DNA of 34,339 bases from Thermoflexales bacterium (lineage in GTDB: Bacteria > Chloroflexota > Anaerolineae > B4-G1 > SLSP01): the NCBI GenBank assembly GCA_007130345.1, contig SLSP01000209.1, positions 1 through 34,339 of the forward strand, given 5' to 3'. Position 1 is the first letter of the stretch; each line of letters starts with the position of its first letter. The position numbers and the translations under genes were made by a program. The notes beneath the pieces are model-generated. The model saw only the letters and a program-made list of their open reading frames with translations. It was not told where the DNA came from and searched no databases. This document shows positions 7,430-15,441 of the stretch, piece after piece.

Positions 7430-8512
7430 TTACCTATCCGCACACGCGATGCACAAATCCACGCCCGAAAGCACCACCGACACATCGGCCAGGGCCACGC
7501 CCTGAAGCTGAATCGGCAACGTGATCAGGGCGGTCAGTGTGGGGGTGCGAATCTTGAGCCGTTCCGGTTTGTCCGTGCCGTTGCTGCGGATGTAATAGAC
7601 CACCTCGCCGCGCGGGGCCTCGAAGCGGCTGACCACCTCGCCCGTCGGGACGCGGCGCTTGGCTTTGGCCGCGACCGGGCCATCGGGCAGCTTCGCCAGG
7701 ATGTCCTGACACAGCTTGAGGCTCACGAGCGTCTCCTCCACGCGCACCACCGTGCGCGCCCACACGTCGCCATCGGTGTGCGTGATCACGTCGAAGTCCA
7801 ACTCGGTGTACGGCGGACGCGGGAGGTCGCGGCGGAGATCCATATCAATGCCAGAGGCGCGCGCCACCGGCCCCACCACGCAATACTCACGCATCTGCTC
7901 CGCCGAGAGATACCCGATGTTTTGCGTCCGTGCCTTGATCGTGCGCTCGTGCAGCACGATGTTGAGATGCTTATGTACCCGGCCCGCCAGGCGGTTCAGT
8001 TGCTCGACGACCATCTGGTGCTGCGCTTCGTCCAAGTCGATGCGCACCCCGCCGACGATGTTGACCGCGTGCGAGACGCGCCCGCCGGATAGCTCCTCCA
8101 TAATGTCCAGCACGATCTCGCGGTCGCGCCAGGCGTACATAAAGAGGGTGTCCAGGCCCACGTTCTTCGCCAGTACGCCGAGCCACAGCAGGTGACTGTG
8201 GATGCGTTCCAGTTCGCACAGCAGCGCGCGGAGATACAGGCCGCGCGGCGGCACATCCAGTCCTAGCAGCGCCTCGACGCCCTGGCAATAGGTGGTCGTG
8301 TGGACGTGAGAACAGATGCCGCACACGCGCTCCACCAAATACGTGATCTGGGTATAGGAGCGATCTTGGGCCAGCCGCTCAATGCCACGATGCACGTAGC
8401 CCATGCGTAACGCGCTATCGACAATCTGCTCACCATCGGCGGTGAGCGTGAAGGCAACCGGCTCCTTCAGCAGCGGATGTTGCGGCCCAATCGGAATCGT
8501 CACTTTGCTCAT
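7430..8512 (-). CDS. group 4 [NiFe]-hydrogenase large (catalytic) subunit (NuoD / EchE / CooH / MbhL-like)
   Basis: The N-terminal Ni-Fe ligand motif is RVCGICSHVH. The C-terminal motif DLCIACADR forms the last residues, so there is no C-terminal extension. 360 aa, which is Ech/Coo size. Confidence 0.9.
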   Translation of the reverse strand: MSKVTIPIGPQHPLLKEPVAFTLTADGEQIVDSALRMGYVHRGIERLAQDRSYTQITYLVERVCGICSHVHTTTYCQGVEALLGLDVPPRGLYLRALLCELERIHSHLLWLGVLAKNVGLDTLFMYAWRDREIVLDIMEELSGGRVSHAVNIVGGVRIDLDEAQHQMVVEQLNRLAGRVHKHLNIVLHERTIKARTQNIGYLSAEQMREYCVVGPVARASGIDMDLRRDLPRPPYTELDFDVITHTDGDVWARTVVRVEETLVSLKLCQDILAKLPDGPVAAKAKRRVPTGEVVSRFEAPRGEVVYYIRSNGTDKPERLKIRTPTLTALITLPIQLQGVALADVSVVLSGVDLCIACADR

Positions 8513-8979
8513 ACCGCCTCCTTCTCCTGTTTAGAAATTTTGCGCAAAGGCAGACCCGCCTCCCAATCATCCGCCAGCAGGAGCGGGCCCTCTTCGGGCA
8601 GCCCCTCGAAGACCACGCCCAACATCTCGCGGATCTCGCGCTCGTAGAAGGCCGCGCCGGGAATGGTCGGGGTCAGGGCGGGGACGTGGGGCGCGTCATA
8701 GGGCAGATGCACGCGCAAGGTCACGCCGTAGCGGTTCCAGAAATGGTACAGAATCTCAATCGTTTCGCCGTTGTCCACGCCGGTGATGGTGGAGAGGTGG
8801 TAGAAGTCGAAGGTCTCAATCAGAATCGCCACCACCGCTTCGAGTTTCTCCGGCGGCAGCGTGATGCTGATGTCTTGCTTGGGGAGCGGCTGCATCTCCA
8901 ACGCTATATCGGGGAAAGCCGCCTCTAACGCCTCAGAAATACGCGCGGATAGTTGCTCTTGGGTCTCGGTTGGGGTCAT
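8509..8979 (-). CDS. hydrogenase NuoC-like (30 kDa / MbhK-like) subunit
   Basis: 156 aa with YHLSTITGVD...EILYHF...PGAAFYEREIREMLGV, typical of the NuoC family. It overlaps both neighbours by 1-4 nt. Confidence 0.8.
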   Translation of the reverse strand: MTPTETQEQLSARISEALEAAFPDIALEMQPLPKQDISITLPPEKLEAVVAILIETFDFYHLSTITGVDNGETIEILYHFWNRYGVTLRVHLPYDAPHVPALTPTIPGAAFYEREIREMLGVVFEGLPEEGPLLLADDWEAGLPLRKISKQEKEAV

Positions 8980-9440
8980 CAGATCATCTCCAAAAGTTGC
9001 GCCAGCCCGTCAATCACCGCTTCCGGGCGGCAGGGGCAGCCGGGAATGAAGACATCCACCGGGATTACCTGGTCGATGCCGCCCATGACATTCGGCCCGC
9101 CCTGGAAGACGCCGCCGGAGCAGCCGCAACTCCCGATGACGGCCACCCACTTGGGGGCCGCCATCTGCGCGTAGATGCGCCGCAGCCGATCCCGCGACTG
9201 GAGCGTGACCGGGCCGGTGCAGAGCAGGATGTCGGCGTGGCGGGGGGCGGCTTCTTTGAGGATGCCCAACCGTTCCACGTCGTAGCGGGGCGTCAGCGCG
9301 GCCAGAATCTCGATGTCGCAGCCGTTGCATCCGCCAGTGTTATAATGCAGCACCCACGGGGATTTGCGTCGCGCCCAGCGCACCATCGGGGCGGCCCAGC
9401 GCGTCAACAAAGTGCCAGAGGTAGTACCAGACATAGTCAT
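8979..9440 (-). CDS. group 4 [NiFe]-hydrogenase small subunit (NuoB / MbhJ / EchC-like)
   Basis: The proximal [4Fe-4S] ligand pattern is GGCNGCDIE ... GSCGCSGG ... PGCPCRPE. Confidence 0.9.
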   Translation of the reverse strand: MTMSGTTSGTLLTRWAAPMVRWARRKSPWVLHYNTGGCNGCDIEILAALTPRYDVERLGILKEAAPRHADILLCTGPVTLQSRDRLRRIYAQMAAPKWVAVIGSCGCSGGVFQGGPNVMGGIDQVIPVDVFIPGCPCRPEAVIDGLAQLLEMI

Positions 9441-9770
9441 TTAGAGACCTCCTTCGGTCAGCACCAGCACACTGACGCCAGTGCCCACCAGGCAGAAGTA
9501 AGCCAAGTACGGAGCCGCGCCCGGTGGCAGCGTCGAAAGTACCAGCACGGAGACGTGCAGCACGGAGAACATCAGGGCCAGCCGGAAGAAGGCGCGATAG
9601 CTGACCTTCCGCGCCTGGGGCAAGTTCACTTCCCCGCCAGTATACACGCGGTGTTTGTCGGGATGGGGCTCGCCCTCTGCGGCCAGACTGCCGCCCAATC
9701 TATACAGTCCCCAGGCCAACATCAGAAAAACGCCGAGGGCAATCGCCGGATTAAGCCATACAGTGCTCAT
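9441..9770 (-). CDS. small membrane subunit in the MbhI position
   Basis: 109 aa with three hydrophobic segments. Its stop abuts the NuoB-like start. The assignment rests on position in the operon only. Confidence 0.5.
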   Translation of the reverse strand: MSTVWLNPAIALGVFLMLAWGLYRLGGSLAAEGEPHPDKHRVYTGGEVNLPQARKVSYRAFFRLALMFSVLHVSVLVLSTLPPGAAPYLAYFCLVGTGVSVLVLTEGGL

Positions 9771-9779
9771 AGTGACCTC

Positions 9780-11252
9780 TCAGTATATAGCCCAGGCCGC
9801 CATAGTCCACCACGGGCCGGGATACAGTCCCATGCCGATGACCAGCAGGCCGAGCAGCACCAGGGGCACGGTCATCCACAGGGAAACGGGAATACGGGCC
9901 GGCATCGGCTCGCCGGCGTCCCGCGCCGGTACCATAAAGAGCGCGGCTAACAGCGGCAGATAGTAGCCCAGGGAGATCAGGACGTTGATCAAGAAGATGA
10001 ACGTCCCCACGTACACCACCGGCGCGGCTGCGGGCAAGGTCTCGGCCAACAGGAACCACTTCCCCGTGAACCCGACCAGCGGCGGCAACCCCACTAGACT
10101 CGCCAGCGCGATGCCGAACAGAATCGCCGTCAGCGGCAGGCGGCGGGCGATGCCCCGCAGATCGGCGATGGTGGATGTGCCGCAGTAGAAGTCCGCGACG
10201 CCTGTGCCCAAAAAGGCCAGACTCTTCGCCACCGCCTGGGTCAAGATGAGGAAGAAGCCCGCCTGGATCGCTTCGGGGATGCCATAGCGTAGGCCGATGC
10301 CCACGCCAAACAGCACGTAGCCCGTCTGCGCGATGCTGGAATAGGCTAACAGCCGCTTCACATTCGTCTGCATCAATGCCATCAGGTTGCCCAACGTCAT
10401 ATTGACGAACGAAATCACCAAAAAGGCCAGGCCCAACTCGTAAGGCGGCAGGCCCATATCCAGGCTGATTTTGAGCAGGATGTAGAACGCGCTCTGGCTG
10501 GCGATGCCCGAAAACAGCGCGCTGATGCTGCTCGGCGCGTTCCCGTAAGCATCCGGGAGCCAGGTGTGCAGCGGAACCAGCGCGCTCTTGACGCCTAGGC
10601 CCACCCACAAGAAGATCAGGCCCGCGCGCCCCCACATCCCCGTGAGGATGCCGGGCTGTTCCAGCGCGACCGACCCCGTCTGGCGGTAGATCAGCGTGAT
10701 GCCCATCGCCATCATCAGCGTGCCGACGCTCCCCAGGATCAGGTACTTGAAGCCGGCCTCGATAGCCGTGTCGGTGCGGCGGCGGAACGCCACCAGCACG
10801 TAGCCCGCGATGCTCATCATCTCGCAGAACAGGTACAGGTTAAACAGATCCGCGCTGGACACCATCCCTAGCAGGCCGGTCAGGAAGAGCAGCAGCAGGG
10901 GATAATAGGTGATGTAATGTTGATCCAGGGTCATATAGCGCCCGGAGTACAGCGCGCTGAATAACCCCAGGGCCAGCGCGATGCTGCCCATCAGCAGGGT
11001 GGGGGGCGTGGCGCGCAGCACAACCCCGCCCGGAGCGAAGTGCCCCCACGCGGGCCACGTCCCGGCGGTCGCCTGCAAGGTCTGCACGCTCAACCAGCCG
11101 TGCGCCGCGAGCGCGCTCCCCAAGATCAGCGTGGTGCAGAGGGCCAGAATTTCATTGCGTTGGGTTATAAATCGGCCCACCAGATACATTAAAATGGCTC
11201 CCCCGGCCAGAATCGCCAGGGGTGTAACAACCCATAGATCGCCAGTGTTCAC
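9780..11252 (-). CDS. MrpD / NuoN / MbhH-like antiporter-type membrane subunit
   Basis: Has the canonical GLGVKSALVPLHTWLPDAYGNAPSSISALFSG block and a TM5-type glutamate (LYLFCEMMSIAGY). GTG start at 11252 is preceded by GGGAGG at 7 nt. Confidence 0.85.
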   Translation of the reverse strand: MNTGDLWVVTPLAILAGGAILMYLVGRFITQRNEILALCTTLILGSALAAHGWLSVQTLQATAGTWPAWGHFAPGGVVLRATPPTLLMGSIALALGLFSALYSGRYMTLDQHYITYYPLLLLFLTGLLGMVSSADLFNLYLFCEMMSIAGYVLVAFRRRTDTAIEAGFKYLILGSVGTLMMAMGITLIYRQTGSVALEQPGILTGMWGRAGLIFLWVGLGVKSALVPLHTWLPDAYGNAPSSISALFSGIASQSAFYILLKISLDMGLPPYELGLAFLVISFVNMTLGNLMALMQTNVKRLLAYSSIAQTGYVLFGVGIGLRYGIPEAIQAGFFLILTQAVAKSLAFLGTGVADFYCGTSTIADLRGIARRLPLTAILFGIALASLVGLPPLVGFTGKWFLLAETLPAAAPVVYVGTFIFLINVLISLGYYLPLLAALFMVPARDAGEPMPARIPVSLWMTVPLVLLGLLVIGMGLYPGPWWTMAAWAIY

Positions 11253-11271
11253 TATACGCCTCCCAATCGGA

Positions 11272-12468
11272 TTACAGGGTCAAGAACACGGCCAGCGCCA
11301 GTGTCAGGACAAGCGCGATCCACAGCAGATTCTGCCGCAGTCGCCCGGTGTGCCAACGTTGCAACGCGCATCCGACGCCTTTCGCCGCCTGGGGCAACGC
11401 CGCGATGACGCGCTCTAAGACGCCGGTTTCCAGGGCGTCGGGGGCTGCTGCTGGCGATAGCCACGCGGCCAGCCATTGCAACGGCGCGAGGGCCAGCGCC
11501 AGCACGCGCACCCAGGAGAGCGCGCCCAGGCCCGCGACTATCAGCGCCAGACTGCCCACGATCTCATTGACGGGGATGTGCCGCCGGGATTCGTGCAGGT
11601 TCGCGCCGATAGCGACGAGGGCCAGCAGCAGGCCCAGCGCGCCCCAGCCGAGCATCAAGTAGCCCAGGGCCGCGTCGGCGGTCAACAGCGGCGCGATGCG
11701 GTAGAGCAGGTACAGGCCCAGCAGTGGCATCACGGTAGCGTACAGCCAGCTATCGGTGGTGCGCTGCATCTGATGGCCCACGGAGCGCCACCAGCTAAAG
11801 GGCCATATTGCCACTTTGACGCCCACCGCCAGCAAGAACCCGCCGACAATCCACATCTGCACCGGGACGGCCAGCGCGGAGCCGCCCGCCAGGGCCGCGT
11901 CAATGTCGAGCGTGCCGGTGGCGCGCAGTAAGAGTACCGCGACCAGGAAGCCCACGTCTCCGATGCGCAACAGCAGGTAGACGAGGCCCGCCGTCCGTAT
12001 GCCGTTGAGCGCGAGTAGCGGGGCCAGCGCCACGAGCAGCGCCACGATTTCCAGCGCGGCGTAGCGTCCCAGGAAGTTGCTGACCAGGAAGGCCACGTTG
12101 GCCGCCGCGAGCGCGCCCAGCGCCAACGCTAATTGCCCCGGAGGGGGCGATTTCTCGCCTTTGTCCAGGGCCAGCGTCGCCACCAGCGCTGCCGCGAGGG
12201 CCAGCACCATATACAGGCCCGTAGCACTGGCGCGCAACCCGATCTCGCCGACGCCGGGCAGCCACGTCAACGCGATGCCGAGCGCGGGCGGCTCGGTGTG
12301 GGCACCGAGGGCGAGCAGCGCGCCGAGCGCGCACAGCGCGACCAGTCCGCCGACCAGCAGCGTGAACTTGCGCGCTGTGCCGGGGGTCTCGTGCCGGGAG
12401 ATGAAGGGCAGAATTATCCCGCCCAATGCCGGTAGAATGACAATAATCCATAGCATCCAGGGTATCAT
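11272..12468 (-). CDS. divergent, shortened antiporter-like (NuoL/MrpA/MrpD-related) membrane protein
   Basis: 398 aa, very Ala/Leu/Gly-rich. The stretch AVGVKVAIWPFSWWRSVGHQMQRTTDSWLYATVMP aligns by eye to the GxGKSAxxPLHxWLPxAM...ALxHAATMV core, with several conserved residues replaced. Confidence 0.6.
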   Translation of the reverse strand: MIPWMLWIIVILPALGGIILPFISRHETPGTARKFTLLVGGLVALCALGALLALGAHTEPPALGIALTWLPGVGEIGLRASATGLYMVLALAAALVATLALDKGEKSPPPGQLALALGALAAANVAFLVSNFLGRYAALEIVALLVALAPLLALNGIRTAGLVYLLLRIGDVGFLVAVLLLRATGTLDIDAALAGGSALAVPVQMWIVGGFLLAVGVKVAIWPFSWWRSVGHQMQRTTDSWLYATVMPLLGLYLLYRIAPLLTADAALGYLMLGWGALGLLLALVAIGANLHESRRHIPVNEIVGSLALIVAGLGALSWVRVLALALAPLQWLAAWLSPAAAPDALETGVLERVIAALPQAAKGVGCALQRWHTGRLRQNLLWIALVLTLALAVFLTL

Positions 12469-12469
12469 A

Positions 12470-12808
12470 TCAGCCTCGCAAGCGGTTCAAGCGGTCGATG
12501 TCGCCGGAGGGATGGTGCCGGAAGATGTTGATGATCAGCGCCAGCGCCACGGCGATGAGGATCGTCTCGACGATGAGGGCCGACACGACCATCGTCTGCG
12601 CGAAGCCCAGATCGCCGTGCAGTCGGCCCGCCTCAATCATGCCGAGCGTTACCCCCTGGAGCATGATTTTCAGGCCGAAGACCTGCTTGATCACATTGCG
12701 TTGGGAGAGCAAGCAGAAAAGGCCCATCGCAAAGAGGAGGACGCTCAACGTGGCGTTCAGTACCGTCAATCCAGACCAATCTACAAGAGGTGTTATCGAC
12801 GCGGTCAT
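12470..12808 (-). CDS. MrpC / NuoK / MbhG-like small membrane subunit
   Basis: 112 aa, three TM segments, with LLSQRNVIKQVFGLKIMLQGV and MVVSALIVETILIAVALALI resembling NuoK/MnhC. Confidence 0.75.
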   Translation of the reverse strand: MTASITPLVDWSGLTVLNATLSVLLFAMGLFCLLSQRNVIKQVFGLKIMLQGVTLGMIEAGRLHGDLGFAQTMVVSALIVETILIAVALALIINIFRHHPSGDIDRLNRLRG

Positions 12809-13050
12809 TGTGGGGGGGCCTCCTCTGCGCTTTCGGGGAGCAGCGCGGTGATCCCCAGCGCCCCGACAAAGAGCAGCCCGACTTGCACGACTACATCGAG
12901 GCCGCGCATATCCCAGAGCCAGACGCGGAAATTCTCACCGAGGGTCACAGCGGGCGCATCGGGGGAGGCTACTTGCCAGCGCCAGAGCAGCCCGCCGGCC
13001 AGCATTAATATCAGCACCACGCCCAGGCGTAGTAGCGTGTCACGCTTCAT
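12805..13050 (-). CDS. MnhB-domain small membrane subunit (MbhE/F-like)
   Basis: 81 aa. LWDMRGLDVVVQVGLLFVGALG resembles the DYRGxDTLGE core of the MnhB domain. Confidence 0.6.
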   Translation of the reverse strand: MKRDTLLRLGVVLILMLAGGLLWRWQVASPDAPAVTLGENFRVWLWDMRGLDVVVQVGLLFVGALGITALLPESAEEAPPQ

Positions 13051-13294
13051 CGGCCACCTCCTCTGGGGATGAGGTCAGGCTGATGACCACGATGAAGAGC
13101 ACGCTGACCAGGCCCGCGCCCACGCTCAACTCAAATCCGCCGGCGTAGGGCGCGTCAAGCAGGAAGAAGATCAGGGCCAGCGCCGCGCTGCCGATACCGA
13201 GCATCACGGCGGAGACCAGCATGTTTTCGGAGCGGATGGCGTACCACGCGCCACCGAACACCAGGAGAGCCAGTAAACTGTAGAGCACAATCAT
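13040..13294 (-). CDS. MbhD-like (DUF4040-type) small membrane subunit; first gene of the hydrogenase operon
   Basis: 84 aa. AVMLGIGSAALALIFFLLDAPYAGGFELSVGAGL resembles the MbhD/MrpA-C-terminal signature (APDVALTEAAVGAG). ATG is preceded by AGGAGG. Confidence 0.6.
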   Translation of the reverse strand: MIVLYSLLALLVFGGAWYAIRSENMLVSAVMLGIGSAALALIFFLLDAPYAGGFELSVGAGLVSVLFIVVISLTSSPEEVADEA

Positions 13295-13483
13295 CGCGGA
13301 TATTTTCCTCCTATTGGCTATAACATAATTCAGGCGTATTGAATAGATCGCAAGGAGCGTTATCAGACCACGCCCTTACTAATGAGCGCATCAAAGAGGA
13401 AGCACCGGAGCTAATGGCGGCCAGCCTCGATACCCTGTTGTAAGGGGCGGTCGTCATCTTCAACTACGAATTTTACCACAGAA

Positions 13484-13492
13484 AGTATACCA
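13484..13492 (-). promoter_or_regulatory. candidate extended -10 (TGgTATACT) upstream of the hydrogenase operon
   Basis: The minus strand reads ...CGTCAAACCCACAAACCTATGGTATACT. The -35 is weak, and that position is occupied by a CGTCAAAC (R3) half-site. This promoter would give a leader of about 185 nt. Confidence 0.3.
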
Positions 13493-13538
13493 TAGGTTTG
13501 TGGGTTTGACGAGAGCAGTATTTTAGCACCGCGCGTGA

Positions 13539-14138
13539 TTAGAAAATAGCTTGCAATACACTGGCAATGAGGGTATGGGCCACACTTAACAGCAGCACCG
13601 CGATCACCGGTGAGAAATCCAGACATCCCCTGGTAGGCAGATAGCGGCGGATGGGGGCCAGCAGCGGCTCGGTGCTATCCCAGAGAAAGCGCATCACCGG
13701 GTTGGTGTAGGAGACGCGGAACCATTGCAGGATGATGCGGGCCAGAATCAGCAACGTGTAGATTTGGACTGCAAAGCCTAGCAGGCGCGAAAGCCAGAGG
13801 CCCAAGTTGTCCATTGGGTAGAGGAGCCACAGCGGCGGATTGAAGATGAGGCCTAGCACGCGGAGCAAGATGAAGTGGGCCAACACGATCCCCATTGCTG
13901 CGGCCAGCGCGGCGATATCGAGGTAGCCGGTGCCTGTGCCAAAAGCCGCGCGCACGTAAGCCCCGCTGGTCGGCACGATGCGATAAAACGGCTTGATTAC
14001 CGGCTCGGTCACGGTCAAGAAGGTGAGCATCGCGCGGTTGTCCAGCGAGACATCGTACCAGCGCAAAATCACGCGCAACAACAGGGCCAGCAAAAGCAGG
14101 CCCACAATCCAGTTTAGTAATGTGATGATGATGCCCAT
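13539..14138 (-). CDS. yggT: YggT family membrane protein, tandem (two YggT repeats in one polypeptide)
   Basis: There are two copies of the pattern [10 protein letters not shown].....L..VTEP...P.R / [10 protein letters not shown].....[14 protein letters not shown] at 14138 is preceded by GAGGAG. The track start at 14201 would overlap yggS. Confidence 0.75.
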   Translation of the reverse strand: MGIIITLLNWIVGLLLLALLLRVILRWYDVSLDNRAMLTFLTVTEPVIKPFYRIVPTSGAYVRAAFGTGTGYLDIAALAAAMGIVLAHFILLRVLGLIFNPPLWLLYPMDNLGLWLSRLLGFAVQIYTLLILARIILQWFRVSYTNPVMRFLWDSTEPLLAPIRRYLPTRGCLDFSPVIAVLLLSVAHTLIASVLQAIF

Positions 14139-14148
14139 CCGTTTCTCC

Positions 14149-14892
14149 TCAATACTCTCGCGCGCCGAAGATAGCTCGCCCGATGCGCACCAGCGTGGCA
14201 CCCTCTTCTATCGCCACCTCGAAGTCGTCCGTCATCCCCATCGAAAGGTGCGGCCACGTCGCCTGGGGGAACCGCTCGCGCAGCAGATCGCGCAGTCCGC
14301 GCAGCGAGGCGAAGACCGGGCGCACGATCTCGGCATCGTCCACGAAGGGCGCCATCGTCATCAGCCCTTCCAACCGCAGGCCCGGCAGCGCCAGCACCGC
14401 CGCCGCCTCGTCGAGGAGGGCCTGGCGTGTGGCGGCGTCTGCCTCCCAACCGGCGGCGGCGTAGCCGTGCTTGCTGGCCTCGCCGGAGACGTTGCACTCC
14501 AGCAGCACGGGGATCTCGCGCTTCGCTTTCACGGCTTGCGCGCTCAACCGCTCCGCCAGCTCCCGCCGGTCTATCGAGTGGACGATGTCGAATTGGGCGA
14601 TTACCCACTTCGCCTTGCGTCGCTGGATGTGGCCGATCATGTGCCACACGGGGCGCGGGCCTTCTGGCAGGACTTGGGCCACCGCATACGCCTTGTCCGC
14701 GCCTTCGCGGGGGCGACTCTCGCCGAAATCACGCTGGCCGTGTTCCCAGGCGGCTAACACCGCCGGGACGGGGAAGGTTTTGGTCACAGCAACCAGGCGC
14801 ACAGCTTCTGGCTCGCGCCCGGAGCGCAGGGCGGCCTCGGCGATGCGCTCGCGGACTGTGTTCAACTGTCTGCCAATGTGTTGTGTTGTCAT
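14149..14892 (-). CDS. yggS: YggS family pyridoxal-phosphate homeostasis protein
   Basis: Has LVAVTKT (PLP lysine), [38 protein letters not shown]. Confidence 0.9.
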   Translation of the reverse strand: MTTQHIGRQLNTVRERIAEAALRSGREPEAVRLVAVTKTFPVPAVLAAWEHGQRDFGESRPREGADKAYAVAQVLPEGPRPVWHMIGHIQRRKAKWVIAQFDIVHSIDRRELAERLSAQAVKAKREIPVLLECNVSGEASKHGYAAAGWEADAATRQALLDEAAAVLALPGLRLEGLMTMAPFVDDAEIVRPVFASLRGLRDLLRERFPQATWPHLSMGMTDDFEVAIEEGATLVRIGRAIFGAREY

Positions 14893-14900
14893 TGTCTGAA

Positions 14901-14924
14901 TCCCCTGAAAAAGTCCAAAAATCG
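14901..14924 (+). repeat. solo R2-type terminal repeat
   Basis: TCCCCTGAAAAAGTCCAAAAATCG matches the R2 left end at 15254-15279 (TCCCCTGAAAAAATTCCAAAAATCC). Its reverse complement supplies the AGGGGA Shine-Dalgarno-like sequence 8 nt upstream of yggS. Confidence 0.5.
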
Positions 14925-14980
14925 CAATAGCGCAAAACTAACCCTGTGACAAGAAGAAGTCCCCGGTTGATTTCAAGTAA

Positions 14981-15051
14981 GGACACGGATTTACACGGAA
15001 AAACACGGATTTTTCTGGTTTTATCCGTGAAATCTGTGTTTATCTGTGTCC
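14981..15051. repeat. imperfect 30-bp palindrome built from three CACGGAT units and three inverted ATC(C/T)GTG units
   Basis: The left arm is GGACACGGATTTACACGGAAAAACACGGAT, the loop is TTTTCTGGTTTT, and the right arm is ATCCGTGAAATCTGTGTTTATCTGTGTCC. Units are spaced about 10 nt apart. The two G-to-A differences give G-T wobbles on the + strand. Confidence 0.7.
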
Positions 15052-15143
15052 CAAACAGGGTATCATTCCGAGCCTGTCGAGGAATCTCAACCGGCAATCC
15101 CTAAAAGCCCACTCGACTGCGCTGCGCTCAGGGTGACGGGCCG

Positions 15144-15250
15144 GTGAACCGCTCGAAAATAGCTCCAAGTCCCCATCTCGGGGACGGCTCAAGCGTGTAC
15201 TCCCGGTCTAGCCGCCCGCGGGAACGGGGGCTTGGAGCGTATTCATAAAA
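15144..15250 (+). repeat. R1 hairpin element, copy 3 (long form, left end truncated, right end interrupted by R2)
   Basis: About 85% identical by eye to copy 4 across CCGCTCGAAAATAGCTC..AAGCGTGTACTCCCGGTCTAGCCG..ACGGGGGC. The right terminus ...ATTCATAAAA resumes as TCATAAAACTGATC at 15387-15400. Confidence 0.65.
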
Positions 15251-15251
15251 G

Positions 15252-15385
15252 AGTCCCCTGAAAAAATTCCAAAAATCCGATTTTTCCACATGCGACCTAC
15301 TACCTATATGAAATTCGCACGCGAAAAATCTACATATAGTATCAAGGTTCTAAAAAATCGGATTTTTTAGGGTTCTTTCAGTAGA
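15252..15385 (+). mobile_element. R2 MITE-like element, copy A (non-coding, about 30-bp terminal inverted repeats)
   Basis: AGTCCCCTGAAAAAATTCCAAAAATCCGATTTTT ... AAAAAATCGGATTTTTTAGGGTTCTTTCAGTAGA. It aligns end to end with the reverse complement of 23989-24117. It is flanked by the direct repeat TCATAAAA (15243-15250 and 15387-15394). Confidence 0.6.
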
Positions 15386-15441
15386 GTCATAAAACTGATC
15401 GGTGAACCGCGACTTATTGTAATGCCATTTCGGGCTTATGG

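Noticed and set aside
8970-9950. Long ORFs on the strand opposite the annotated genes. Examples are 8970-9950 (+, 326 aa), 593-1495, 1526-2296, 3889-4695, 12077-13072, 13993-14757 and 16226-17431 (all +), and 9751-10635 (-, alternate frame).
   Set aside because: These are typical shadow ORFs of GC-rich DNA. Their compositions are Arg/Ala/Gly/Pro/His-rich and they have no recognisable motifs. Each lies entirely within a gene that has strong family signatures on the other strand or frame.
5989-13294. Interpreting the Nuo-like genes as a partial respiratory complex I (nuo) operon.
   Set aside because: The NuoD-like subunit retains both CxxC Ni-Fe ligand pairs and ends at the hydrogenase C-terminal motif. 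NuoE/F/G, A, J and M equivalents are absent, and Mrp-type small subunits (MbhD, MnhB, MrpC-like) are present.
14729-15097. A 122-aa minus-strand ORF spanning the yggS 5' end and the repeat mosaic. Similar cases are 2791-2982 (+) and 28254-28475 (-).
   Set aside because: The peptide (..INTDFTDKTRKIRVFPCKSVS..) is simply the translation of the CACGGAT/ATCTGTG palindrome and neighbouring repeats. There is no SD, and the ORF overlaps yggS. The other two likewise translate the GAATTACGCAT and TGACGTTTGACG repeats.
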